Assembly (NCBI GenBank): GCA_033762915.1
Contig: JANRLD010000042.1
Location: 32,001 to 96,000 of the forward strand
Reading direction: 5' to 3'
Origin: Meiothermus sp.
Lineage (GTDB): Bacteria; Deinococcota; Deinococci; Deinococcales; Thermaceae
Length of the DNA stretch: 64,000 bases
Shown: positions 40,715-49,350 of the stretch, in pieces
How the letters are laid out: each line of letters opens with the position of its first letter
Numbering within the stretch: position 1 is the first letter of the stretch
Translations under genes and position numbers: made by a program
Notes under the pieces: model-generated
The model's input: only the letters and a program-made list of their open reading frames with translations
The model's database searches: none
What the model was told of the DNA's origin: nothing

Positions 40715-40765
40715 TGGGCTGCTGCCCTCCTCCGAACCCCCTCCCTTGCCTCGAGGGGGTTCTTT
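40715..40765 (+). ncRNA. Candidate ~50-nt small RNA
   Basis: Preceded by AGACC-N6-TGACA-N9-TATAAA and ending in a 10-bp perfect hairpin plus TTT; no ORF. Confidence 0.3.
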
Positions 40766-40942
40766 GCTCGCGGGTATTTGCGGGACCCCCTGTAGGTAGG
40801 GTGACTGGTGCGGAAGAGTACGCCGCAAAATGAGCCCCGCCTACGCGTGACTGCCGCCGACCGCCGTGGCTTTTGCAGTGGGGGTAGCCCGTCCCACTTG
40901 TTTCCGTGGTTGAGGTGCGAAGGGCTGCCCCGAAGCACCCCG

Positions 40943-41045
40943 GGGAATTGCGCCCCGGGTAGCCGCCATGCGGCTATGGCGCAAGCCACCTTGCCCGAGC
41001 CTATGGTGGCTACGTCCGCCGGCTTCGCAAAGACGTCTGCGTAAC
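40943..41045 (+). repeat. Dispersed repeat family 2
   Basis: GGGAATTGCGCCCCGGGTAGCCGCC..GGCTATGGCGCA shared with the 27730 copy; decayed right end GCGTAAC(TTAG). Confidence 0.65.
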
Positions 41046-41426
41046 TTAGCACCGGCCACTTTCTGGCCAGATCCCAAGAGCCCACTATGGCCCCCGGCCT
41101 CGAGGTTGCATTAAGGTTGCACTGGCGTTAAGTAACGGCCTCGACACTAACCTCAGCCGCAACAATCTACAGAAGTCCGTCCAGGTCAGTAAACAGGCTG
41201 ACAGCCACTGTGGGTGATCCAGGCGTTAAGGTCAAGTCTTCGCCAGAAAGTCGAGGAAGTTATGGCAATAGCTCACCAGAAATTCGGGTTACTGCAATAC
41301 CGTCTAAATGTAATACACACCCTTTCGTCGCAATATCCCCAAAAGGCACTACAGAAGTGACGAAAGACCAGCCCCCACTAGGTGGGCTGTGCGGGGTCGT
41401 GTCTTACCTACGTATCCGGAGGGAAC

Positions 41427-42467
41427 ATGAAGCAGACCTTGGTCGTTTTGGCGCTCCTGTTGGGGGCGGCGCAGACGCAGGAAATACGGCTCACCGGGGC
41501 GGGGGCCACCTTCCCGCAGCGGCTTTACACCCAGTCGTACTTCCCGCAGTTCGGGCAGTTTTACGGCACAGAGGTAAGTTACCAAGGTGTCGGCTCGAGC
41601 CGAGGCATCGAGATGCTGGCCCAGCGTCGGGTCAACTTCGGGGCCTCGGACAGCCCAATGACCAATGACGAGTTGGCCCGTGCGCGCAGTGATAGCGGGA
41701 GCAACGTGCTGCACATACCCACCGCAGCTGGAGGGGTGGCGGTCATCTACAACCTGGCCGGGCTAACCGGGCTCCGCCTCGACGGCGAAACCCTGGTGGG
41801 CATCTACCTGGGCCGTATCGCCCGCTGGGACGACCCCGCCATCCGGCGCCTCAACCCCAACCTCGACCTGCCCGGCTTGAGGATCATCCCCGTGCACCGC
41901 AGCGGAGGCTCGGGCACCAACTTCATCTTCACCGCATACCTTTCCCAGGTCTCGGACGAGTGGCGGCGGCGGGTGGGGCGTGGGCGCGCCGTCGAGTGGC
42001 CCGTCGGTAGCGAGGCCGAGAGCACCGACGAGTTGGCCCAGACCGTGCGCTCGACGCCCGGCGGGTTGGGCTATATAGACCGTAACGCCATGCCACCCGG
42101 CACCGCGATGGCCGCCCTCCGCAACAGCTCGGGCAACTTCGTCGAGCTGACTACCGCCTCGGTCTCGAAGGCCGTGGAGGGCGTGGATGCTCCCGCTGAC
42201 TTGCGCCTGGCCAACCAGGTCGTCAACACCGACCACCCCCAGGGCTATCCCATCGTGGGCCTGACCTGGATCCTGATCTACCAAGAGCAGTCGCTCACCG
42301 CCAGCAGCCGCGATCAGGCCAAGGCGCTGGTGGAGATGCTAACCTGGATTCTGCTGCAGGGCCAGCAGTCCAACGGGTTTATGCGCTACGCCCCCCTGCC
42401 CAAGCTGATGGTCGCGCAGGCGAAGGCGCTCCTGGGTGGTGTGACCTTCCGCGGTAAAGCCCTTTGA
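41427..42467 (+). CDS. pstS: Phosphate ABC substrate-binding protein
   Basis: GAGATFP, YQGVGSS.GI, FGASD, HRSGGSGT, GYPI motifs; GGAGG RBS. Confidence 0.9.
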   Translation: MKQTLVVLALLLGAAQTQEIRLTGAGATFPQRLYTQSYFPQFGQFYGTEVSYQGVGSSRGIEMLAQRRVNFGASDSPMTNDELARARSDSGSNVLHIPTAAGGVAVIYNLAGLTGLRLDGETLVGIYLGRIARWDDPAIRRLNPNLDLPGLRIIPVHRSGGSGTNFIFTAYLSQVSDEWRRRVGRGRAVEWPVGSEAESTDELAQTVRSTPGGLGYIDRNAMPPGTAMAALRNSSGNFVELTTASVSKAVEGVDAPADLRLANQVVNTDHPQGYPIVGLTWILIYQEQSLTASSRDQAKALVEMLTWILLQGQQSNGFMRYAPLPKLMVAQAKALLGGVTFRGKAL

Positions 42468-42521
42468 CCTGACGTCGTACCGGGAAAGAACATCGGCTGC
42501 CGAAGTGGGCCACTCCACTTA

Positions 42522-42635
42522 GAGCGGTTACCACGAGCCCTCGGTACGGCGGTTTTTGCCGTGCCGAGGGCAATACTCCGCTTTAGCGCACGCTTTAGCG
42601 CCGCACGGTGGGCGGAGTATTGGTTGGAAACGCGA
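42522..42635. mobile_element. MITE family 1, subtype beta
   Basis: GAGCGGTTACCAC / GTTGGAAACGCGA, flanks TTA/TAA; interior is the reverse complement of the 59008 and 60188 copies. Confidence 0.85.
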
Positions 42636-42837
42636 TAAAGTGCCCAAACCCCGCCAGGGGGGTTGCGCTAGCCCCGTTCCCAGTGTGGCGACGATGGCGT
42701 CCAGGATCTCCTTCACCTGTGACTCGGCGCGGCCCAGCGAGGGCAGCCCGCGGGCGGCCAGCTCGAGGTCATGGCCCTAACGTGGAAGGTGAGTGTCGGT
42801 GTAGTGCTTGCGAGGCAAGGAGACGACGTGAGCCTTA

Positions 42838-44403
42838 CTATCGCAGCCCGGCGACCTTGGCCAGCTCGATAATCGAGACGCTGCCTTCGGGGTCGGTGCG
42901 GTAGTCGTCGGAGGGCTCGCCTTCGTTGGCGGTGAGAACGTAGCGTCCGTCGGGGGTAAAGGTCAGCATGTCGGGCAGTGCGCCCACCGGCACGCTGGCC
43001 CGCACCGTGCCCTCGGCGTCCATGAAGACCACGCTGCCGGGGTCGGTTTTGACCGGGGCCTCGAGCGCCACCGCCACCAGCCCGTCCCGCACCGCTACGC
43101 TGTTGGGCGCACCCCGTTCGCGGAAGCTGACCGAGCGAATCAGACGCGGTTGGGCGGGGTTGGCGGCGTCTAGAATGTCGATGCTGCGGGTGTGCCCGTT
43201 CACCACAAAAACCCGCTTGCTGCGGGCGTCGTAGGCGGGAATCTCGGCAGCCCCCCGGTTGAACACGGGCCGCCCGTTCTCGGCGAAGACGTGGCGGCCC
43301 AGCAGGGCCAGTCTGCCCTCGCTGCTCACCTGCCAGAAGGCAGTGGAGCCACTGATTTCGTTGCCCACGATCAGCAGCGGCTGGCCGTTGGGGCTCTCGG
43401 CGGCGGGCACGAAGGCGAGACCCTCGGGGCCGAGGTCGCCGTTGTCTACGTAGTTGTTGGCATCAATGGCCTGGGCGAAGTTGCGGTTGATGGCGTAGTC
43501 GCGCAGCACCGGGGCACGGGGAATCGTAACATCAAAACTGAGGATGGCGCTCTGGCGCTCGAGGCCCAAAAATGCATACGTTCTCCCGCCAATCTTCCCC
43601 ACCACAACCCCTTCGGGCTCGGGGCCTTTGGCGGCGCTGCGCCCGTCGCGGGCGTTGGCGGAGTGGTTGGCGTTGAACTGCAGGGGGTTGCGGGCCAGCA
43701 CGGTGCGCTCGAGCAGGTCGCCTGAGTCCCAGACCAGTTGGCCCGCCGTGCTCCACACGCTGATCGAGCGCGACCCGAAGGCGTAGAGGGCACTGTAGGT
43801 GCTACCGCTCTGGCCCAGGGTTCGGGTCACTTGCAGCCGCGCCAAGGCGGTGCGCCCCTCGGCGTTAAAGCGGCCGGGATCAAGCTGGAGGTCGGCCACC
43901 CTGGCCTCCTCGTTGAAGCCGGGGTAGGCCCGGGCGTCGCCCTCGTTGGCGGTGATCAAGAAGCCCTGCGCCCCGAACGACACGTAGGCGATCGCGTCGG
44001 GCTGGTACATTCCCAGCACCGTGGCCGGGGCGATGTTGGCCTGGTTGTCGCGGTCGTTGACGTCAAGGCCGCTGCCGGGGCGGCTGTGGTCTTTGAAGCC
44101 CAGCGGCACCACGCTGGTCACGCGTCCGGCCTGGATGTCCACCACCGCCAGGGCATTGTTCTCCTGCAAGGTCACGTAGGCGGTGCGGGAGTTGGGCGAG
44201 ACCGCGATGTATTCGGGCTCGAGATCCTGGGCCACGGTGGCGTTGGGGCCGAAGATGCGAACCCCCGCTGCGACAAGCTGATCCTTGCGCTCGTTGAATG
44301 CTTTGAAGTCTGCCGTCACCGCAGGGCCCGGCTGGGTCTGCCCCAGCACCGCCAGCCCTCCCAGGAAGCCCACCAACGCCGTAAGAATCACAGGTTTTTT
44401 CAT
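42838..44403 (-). CDS. Secreted choice-of-anchor-I family (alkaline-phosphatase-like) beta-propeller, apparently circularly permuted
   Basis: QDLEPEY, TLQENNA, GMYQPD, TANEGD, KGPEPEG, GDLGPEG, GAAEI, VGALPDM, DPEGSVSII motifs. Confidence 0.85.
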   Translation of the reverse strand: MKKPVILTALVGFLGGLAVLGQTQPGPAVTADFKAFNERKDQLVAAGVRIFGPNATVAQDLEPEYIAVSPNSRTAYVTLQENNALAVVDIQAGRVTSVVPLGFKDHSRPGSGLDVNDRDNQANIAPATVLGMYQPDAIAYVSFGAQGFLITANEGDARAYPGFNEEARVADLQLDPGRFNAEGRTALARLQVTRTLGQSGSTYSALYAFGSRSISVWSTAGQLVWDSGDLLERTVLARNPLQFNANHSANARDGRSAAKGPEPEGVVVGKIGGRTYAFLGLERQSAILSFDVTIPRAPVLRDYAINRNFAQAIDANNYVDNGDLGPEGLAFVPAAESPNGQPLLIVGNEISGSTAFWQVSSEGRLALLGRHVFAENGRPVFNRGAAEIPAYDARSKRVFVVNGHTRSIDILDAANPAQPRLIRSVSFRERGAPNSVAVRDGLVAVALEAPVKTDPGSVVFMDAEGTVRASVPVGALPDMLTFTPDGRYVLTANEGEPSDDYRTDPEGSVSIIELAKVAGLR

Positions 44404-44423
44404 GCTGCCTCTCTCGAGCCTCG

Positions 44424-44454
44424 AGGCTATGGATGGAAGGTCAGGGCAGTGTCA
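44424..44454 (-). promoter_or_regulatory. Pho-box-like promoter motif
   Basis: TGACA-N6-TGACC-N9-TAGCCT on the minus strand. Confidence 0.78.
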
Positions 44455-44498
44455 TCGGAGCTCCAGAGGGGACGCCGAACCCCGCACGCCAAAACTGA

Positions 44499-44587
44499 TC
44501 GCGTTCCCACCACTGCCTCCCTCGCAGCGGCAGGTAATGTACTCCCTACAGCAAAACCGTTTTCGGGAGTATGCGTGGGAACCGCTG
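44499..44587. mobile_element. MITE family 1, subtype alpha
   Basis: TCGCGTTCCCAC / GTGGGAACCGCTG flanked by TGA on both sides; closely similar to the 10746 copy. Confidence 0.88.
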
Positions 44588-44646
44588 TGAGGTTGCACTG
44601 CCTATGATGCCCTCATGCCCGTTGGGGAGACCTTTGGCCCTCGGGT

Positions 44647-45783
44647 TCACACCAGCGTTCCATCGCAGTAGATCTTTCGACCCCTCGAGAAGCTCGCCCG
44701 CACTCGGGGGCAGTCGCCCTCCTCAACCAGAACCAGGTCTGCGCGCAGCCCCGCCTCGAGCCGCCCCCGATCCGCCAGGCCGCACAGCGCCGCGATGTTT
44801 TGCGAGACCAGCCTGACCGACTCGTGCAGCGGCAGCAGGCCCAGCCGTGGGAGCTTGAACGCACACTGCACCAGCGACGCGGGATGATAGTCCGCCGCTA
44901 ACCCGTCCACTACGCCGGCCTCGATTCCCTCGACCGCGCTGAGGTTGCCCGAGTGCGAGCCGCCCCGATAGGCGTTGGGTGCACCCATCACCACCCACAT
45001 GCCCCGCCGCTTGGCTTCCCTGGCGGCCTCCAGGTCCACTGGGAACTCGCTGATGCTGGTGCCCAAACCCGCCATCACGTCCACCTTCTCGGCGGTGTCG
45101 TCGTCGTGGGAGGCCAGGGGGACGTTCTTCTCCAGACAAACCCGCGCGACTTCCTGCGCGATATGCCAGGCCCTCGGCGCATCCCTGAGCGCCACCGCCC
45201 TCTCGCGGATGCCCTGCTCGGCCTCGGAGCCCCCACCGATCCACTTCGTGTAGTAGGAGACGTAGTGCTCGAGGTCGCGAAACTGCCCCTGTCCCGGCGA
45301 GTGATCCATCAGCGAGACCAGATGAATTTCATCCCTGGCCACCGCCGCACGCAGTATCGGCGCGGAGTTGGGCGTAGTCACCTCGAAGCGGGCGTGAACC
45401 TTGGTGTCCACCAGCAGCCCCGCGCGGTAGCGGTGAATATTCTCCACGATTTCCATGCCCTCTTGGGGGTCGCGAGAGCCCCAGCCCTCGATGAAGGAGA
45501 TCGAGGCATACGCTGTGGTGATACCGCTCCCGGCCAGCCGCTTGTCGAGCTCGTAGAGGGCCAGATCGAAGGGGAATCTACTCCCCGGGCGCGGCTGAAT
45601 CTCGCGCTCGAGCATGTCGCCGTGCATGTCAATGATGCCGGGAATGGCGGTGAGTCCACGCCCGTCCATCGCGCCGGCCACGTCGCCCTCGAGGATCGCG
45701 GCGATCCGACCGCCTTCGAGTTGTATTGAGCCGCGCTCGAGGATCTGATCGGGCAGGACGAGTTTAAGGTTAGTGATCCACAT
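44647..45783 (-). CDS. phnM: Alpha-D-ribose 1-methylphosphonate 5-triphosphate diphosphatase (copy 2)
   Basis: Same PhnM motifs; start MWITNLK matches copy 1 MWLTNLK. Confidence 0.93.
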   Translation of the reverse strand: MWITNLKLVLPDQILERGSIQLEGGRIAAILEGDVAGAMDGRGLTAIPGIIDMHGDMLEREIQPRPGSRFPFDLALYELDKRLAGSGITTAYASISFIEGWGSRDPQEGMEIVENIHRYRAGLLVDTKVHARFEVTTPNSAPILRAAVARDEIHLVSLMDHSPGQGQFRDLEHYVSYYTKWIGGGSEAEQGIRERAVALRDAPRAWHIAQEVARVCLEKNVPLASHDDDTAEKVDVMAGLGTSISEFPVDLEAAREAKRRGMWVVMGAPNAYRGGSHSGNLSAVEGIEAGVVDGLAADYHPASLVQCAFKLPRLGLLPLHESVRLVSQNIAALCGLADRGRLEAGLRADLVLVEEGDCPRVRASFSRGRKIYCDGTLV

Positions 45784-46000
45784 GGAGGTCAAGAGTCGAG
45801 GGTCGGGGGCGGAGGGTCGGGGGCCATAAGCGATGAGCAGTGAGCTGTGGGTGGCTGCCAAACCGCCGCTTCACTTAACATGGGTCGCTCCGGGGTCAAC
45901 TATTTGCGCTTGGGTCTGGCCAGCTTCGATCACCCGGAGTATCTCTTGCGTCCGGGTCGCCTACACACTTCACCGGGCCATCCGTCGCCGACCTCCGGCG

Positions 46001-46705
46001 CTACCCACTAACCGCGAACTCCTCCCCCCGCGCCTGAATCTCAATCCGGCTGTCCACCAGCCCGGCCACGTCCTCGGGGTGGTGGAAGATGCCGAGGATG
46101 CCGATGCCCCCGGCTTTGAGTTCGCCCAAGCGGGCGACCAGGGCGGCCCTGGCGGTCGCGTCCAGCGAGGCGGTGGGCTCGTCGAGGAGCAGCAGGCGGT
46201 TAGGACGGATCAGGGCTCGAGCGAGGTTGACCTTCTGCTGCTCGCCGCCCGAGAAGGTGGTGGGGTAGGCGGCCCAGAGTTCGGGCTTGAGGCCGAAGGC
46301 CTCGAGGGACTTGGTGGCCTGGCTCTCGGCTTGTTCTCGAGAGATGCCTGCGTGAAGCAGAGGCTCGCAGACCAACTCCAACGCGCTCGCCCGGGGGCGC
46401 GGCTTGAGGAACTGCGAGACGTACCCAATTTCGCTCCTTCGCAAAAACGCGATGTCCTCATCGGCAGATCGAGCCAGGTCTACGGGGCCGTGGCTCGAGG
46501 CATAGATCGCCCTGCCCGAGGTGGGTACGTAGCTCCGATAGACGCAGCGCAGCAGCGTCGACTTGCCCGCCCCGTTCGCGCCCGCTACCAGCTTGAACTC
46601 GCCCGCCCTCAGTTCAAAGCTCAGCCGCTCAAAGGCCAGCACTTCGCGCCCCAGGGCGTGGATCTGGAAGCGTTTGGTCAGGTGTTGGATCGAGAGTAGG
46701 GTCAT
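46001..46705 (-). CDS. phnL: C-P lyase system ATPase PhnL
   Basis: GANGAGKST, GYVSQFL...PR, P.TFSGGEQQ, LDEPTASLD, GIFH. Confidence 0.92.
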   Translation of the reverse strand: MTLLSIQHLTKRFQIHALGREVLAFERLSFELRAGEFKLVAGANGAGKSTLLRCVYRSYVPTSGRAIYASSHGPVDLARSADEDIAFLRRSEIGYVSQFLKPRPRASALELVCEPLLHAGISREQAESQATKSLEAFGLKPELWAAYPTTFSGGEQQKVNLARALIRPNRLLLLDEPTASLDATARAALVARLGELKAGGIGILGIFHHPEDVAGLVDSRIEIQARGEEFAVSG

Positions 46706-46821
46706 ACGTGTTTGGTGATCAGAGGTAGGTGTGGGGCGAGGGCGAAAGGGGAGAAGGGTGGAGGCTCGAGGGTCTGAACTGGCTTTCACGGATCACCGAC
46801 CCCTGACCTCGTACGCCCCTC

Positions 46822-47430
46822 TCACCGCCCGTACTTCTCCAAGAACTCCTCGACGCCTCCGCGAAAGTCGCCCAGTCGCTCTCTCAGCAGCCCGTGGGGC
46901 CAGTCCCACCATGCCGTAGCTTCCAGCCTCTCGATAATGGATTTGTCAAATCGCAGGCGGATCGGCTTGGCCGGTACGCCGACCACGATGGTGTAGGGCT
47001 CCACGTCCTTGGTGACCACCGCGCCCGTCCCGATGGCTGCGCCGTTGCCGATGGTCACGCCCGGCATCACCGAGGCGTTGTGGCCGATCCAAACGTCGTG
47101 CCCAACCCGCACGGCGTGGTCGCGCCGCCACCGGAAGAACTCGAGGTCGTCCTCGCCTAGGTCGTAGGCGGCGGCGCGGTAGGTGAAGTGGTGCGAGGTG
47201 GGGCGCTGGATGGGGTGGTTGCCAGGGTTGAGCCGCACAAAGCTGGCAATCGAGCAGAACTTGCCGATGGTCGCGTAGATCACCTGGCTGTGCTGCATGA
47301 TGTAGCTGTAATCTCCGAGGCTCGAGTCGCTGAACTTCACCCCCTCGCCCAGTTCCGTCCAAACCCCGACTCGGGAGTTATGGACTTTGGCGGTGGGGTG
47401 AAGGGTTGGGGTTTCGGAGAGGGTTTTCAT
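46822..47430 (-). CDS. Hexapeptide-repeat acetyltransferase of the type found in phn clusters
   Basis: IGKFCSIA, NPGNHP, HFTYR, GHDVWIGH, IGNGA.IG.GAVVTKDV, WWDW. Confidence 0.9.
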   Translation of the reverse strand: MKTLSETPTLHPTAKVHNSRVGVWTELGEGVKFSDSSLGDYSYIMQHSQVIYATIGKFCSIASFVRLNPGNHPIQRPTSHHFTYRAAAYDLGEDDLEFFRWRRDHAVRVGHDVWIGHNASVMPGVTIGNGAAIGTGAVVTKDVEPYTIVVGVPAKPIRLRFDKSIIERLEATAWWDWPHGLLRERLGDFRGGVEEFLEKYGR

Positions 47431-47508
47431 AGGGATTTTTACGAGTGGTCGATGCCAAGCGGTCGGCTAAGGGCTTGGGGGGTCTCGCCGGCCGTCGGCA
47501 CCTGTTCA

Positions 47509-48327
47509 CTACAGCTTCGCGTGTACCAACTGCTGCGTGTACGGGTGCTGTGGGTCTTCGAGTATCTGGTCGGTCAAGCCTTGCTCGACCACGCTGCCGT
47601 CCTTCATCACCAGCACACGGTCTGCCAAAGTGCGGATCACGCCGAGGTCGTGCGAGACGATCAGCATGGTGATGCCCAACTCGTACTGAAGGCGCTTGAG
47701 GGTGTCCAGGACGAGGGCCTGTACCGACACGTCGAGGCCGGTGGTGGGCTCGTCGAGCAGGAGCAGGGTGGGCTCGAGCGCTATTGCCTTTGCGAGCTGC
47801 ACCCGCTGCTGCATCCCGCCGGAGAGTTTGAGCGGCGGGTCGTCCATTCGGCGGGTGGGGAACTCGGAGACCTCGAGGGACTCCCTGGCCGCACTTCGCA
47901 GGCTGCCGAAGCTGCGCTCGCCCGCCAGGATCAGCCGCTCGGCCACGTTGCCTGAGGAGGTGTTCTTCATCCGCAGGCCGAGGTGGGGGTTCTGGTAGAC
48001 GATGCCGATGTGCTTGACGCGCACCTGGCGGGTTTGGAAGCGGTCGAGGGTGAAGAGGTTGTTTTGCGGGTGCTCAGGGATCTTGAGGTAGTACTCGCCC
48101 GCGTCGGGCGGTTCTTGCAGATTCAGCAGCCGCAGCACCGTGGACTTGCCCGACCCGGACTCGCCGACGATGCCCAAAACTTCACCCGGATAAGCCGCGA
48201 GCGAAACGTCTTTGAGTGCGGTCACATTGCCGTAGGTCTTCCGCAGACCCGTGGCCCGAATGACGGGCCTCTGGGTGAGGAGCTGGGGGGGCTCGAGGGT
48301 GAGTGTCTGCATGGTCTTCCTCGCCAT
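47509..48327 (-). CDS. phnK: C-P lyase system ATPase PhnK
   Basis: GESGSGKST, LSGGMQQR.Q.A, DEPTTGLDVSVQA, GLTDQILEDPQHPYTQ. Confidence 0.93.
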   Translation of the reverse strand: MARKTMQTLTLEPPQLLTQRPVIRATGLRKTYGNVTALKDVSLAAYPGEVLGIVGESGSGKSTVLRLLNLQEPPDAGEYYLKIPEHPQNNLFTLDRFQTRQVRVKHIGIVYQNPHLGLRMKNTSSGNVAERLILAGERSFGSLRSAARESLEVSEFPTRRMDDPPLKLSGGMQQRVQLAKAIALEPTLLLLDEPTTGLDVSVQALVLDTLKRLQYELGITMLIVSHDLGVIRTLADRVLVMKDGSVVEQGLTDQILEDPQHPYTQQLVHAKL

Positions 48328-49350
48328 CTACGGGTTCTTCGGGTTCGACCCCTCGTCCCAGCCCTCTGCGCGTGGGGGAGAGGGGGCGTTGCCGTTTTCG
48401 CCGACCGCTGACTGCTGACCGCCGACCTCTGTCCTTAAAAACCCCTTGATGTAAAACGCACCCGCGTCATCAAAGTACGTCGTCCCGATCCCCACCTTCT
48501 CGGCGGCCTTGCGGGCGTAGTCGGAGTCGGAGAGTTGGTATTTGGAGAGGCCGCCCTCTAGCGGGATCTCGGTCATGAACTTGTTTTGCACGCCCGTCTT
48601 TTCATCCGCCCATCCGCGCTGATCTTCGACCGCGAAGGGCACGTCGGTGAACTCGATGGGGCGAACCTCGGTGTGGGGTGGGACGGCGTAGAGGCGCTTC
48701 TCGCGGCCCGCGGAGAGCAGGGTCAGGTGCTCGGCCTGGTGGAGCTTGGGGGTGTCCCAGCGGGGGATGGGGCTGGGGGCCATCAGGTAGCGCCCGTTCA
48801 CCAGCACGGGGTAGTCGGCCCCGTGGGTGTTGGTACGGTAGCGTACCAGCGCCTCGTAGATGCCCAGCCACATCAGGGCGTACTCGGCATCGGCGTGGAG
48901 CTCCCGGGTCTTGGCGTAGCTGGGCTCGACGCGGGTCATCGGCTCGGGGACGGGGACTTGCAGCACCAGCACCTGGTCGCGGGTAAGGATTTCCTCGGGG
49001 ATGCGGTGGCGGCTCTGGATTAGGGTGGCCTCGAGTGCATCCGTCGTCGTCGGCACGCCCGCCATCCGGGCGATGAAGCGGCGCAGGTTGGCGGCGTTCA
49101 CTGAGTCATCGTCGCCCTGATCGATCACCTTCACGGTGTCCTGCGGCCCCACCAGCGCGAGGGTCACCTGAAGGCCGCCGGTGCCCCAGCCCCTGGCCAT
49201 CGGCACCTCGCGGCTGGCGTAAGGAACCTGATACCCAGGGATCGCAATCGCCTTGAGAATCTTCCGCCGCAGTTCGCGCTTGGCGAAGGCATCCAGAAAG
49301 GCGTAGGAATAATCCTGGCGCGGGTTGGTGAGTTCGGCCAGCGTACTCAC
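48328..49350 (-). CDS. phnJ: PhnJ homolog lacking all cysteines (340 aa)
   Basis: AIPGYQVP, GWGTGG, KVIDQG, RHRIPE, PSPIP, AGREKR.YAVPP motifs; GTG start overlapping the phnI stop (GTGA) with GAGGTG RBS. Confidence 0.93.
   Translation of the reverse strand: MSTLAELTNPRQDYSYAFLDAFAKRELRRKILKAIAIPGYQVPYASREVPMARGWGTGGLQVTLALVGPQDTVKVIDQGDDDSVNAANLRRFIARMAGVPTTTDALEATLIQSRHRIPEEILTRDQVLVLQVPVPEPMTRVEPSYAKTRELHADAEYALMWLGIYEALVRYRTNTHGADYPVLVNGRYLMAPSPIPRWDTPKLHQAEHLTLLSAGREKRLYAVPPHTEVRPIEFTDVPFAVEDQRGWADEKTGVQNKFMTEIPLEGGLSKYQLSDSDYARKAAEKVGIGTTYFDDAGAFYIKGFLRTEVGGQQSAVGENGNAPSPPRAEGWDEGSNPKNP

Noticed and set aside
41100..41426. Pho-box-like motif upstream of pstS
   Set aside because: Single TGAC half-sites exist, but none fits the N6/N9/TANNNT geometry.
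48480..48660. Frameshift as the cause of the missing PhnJ cysteines
   Set aside because: Flanking conserved residues (F.D.PF.V, G, E, SD.DY) all stay in one frame with near-normal spacing.
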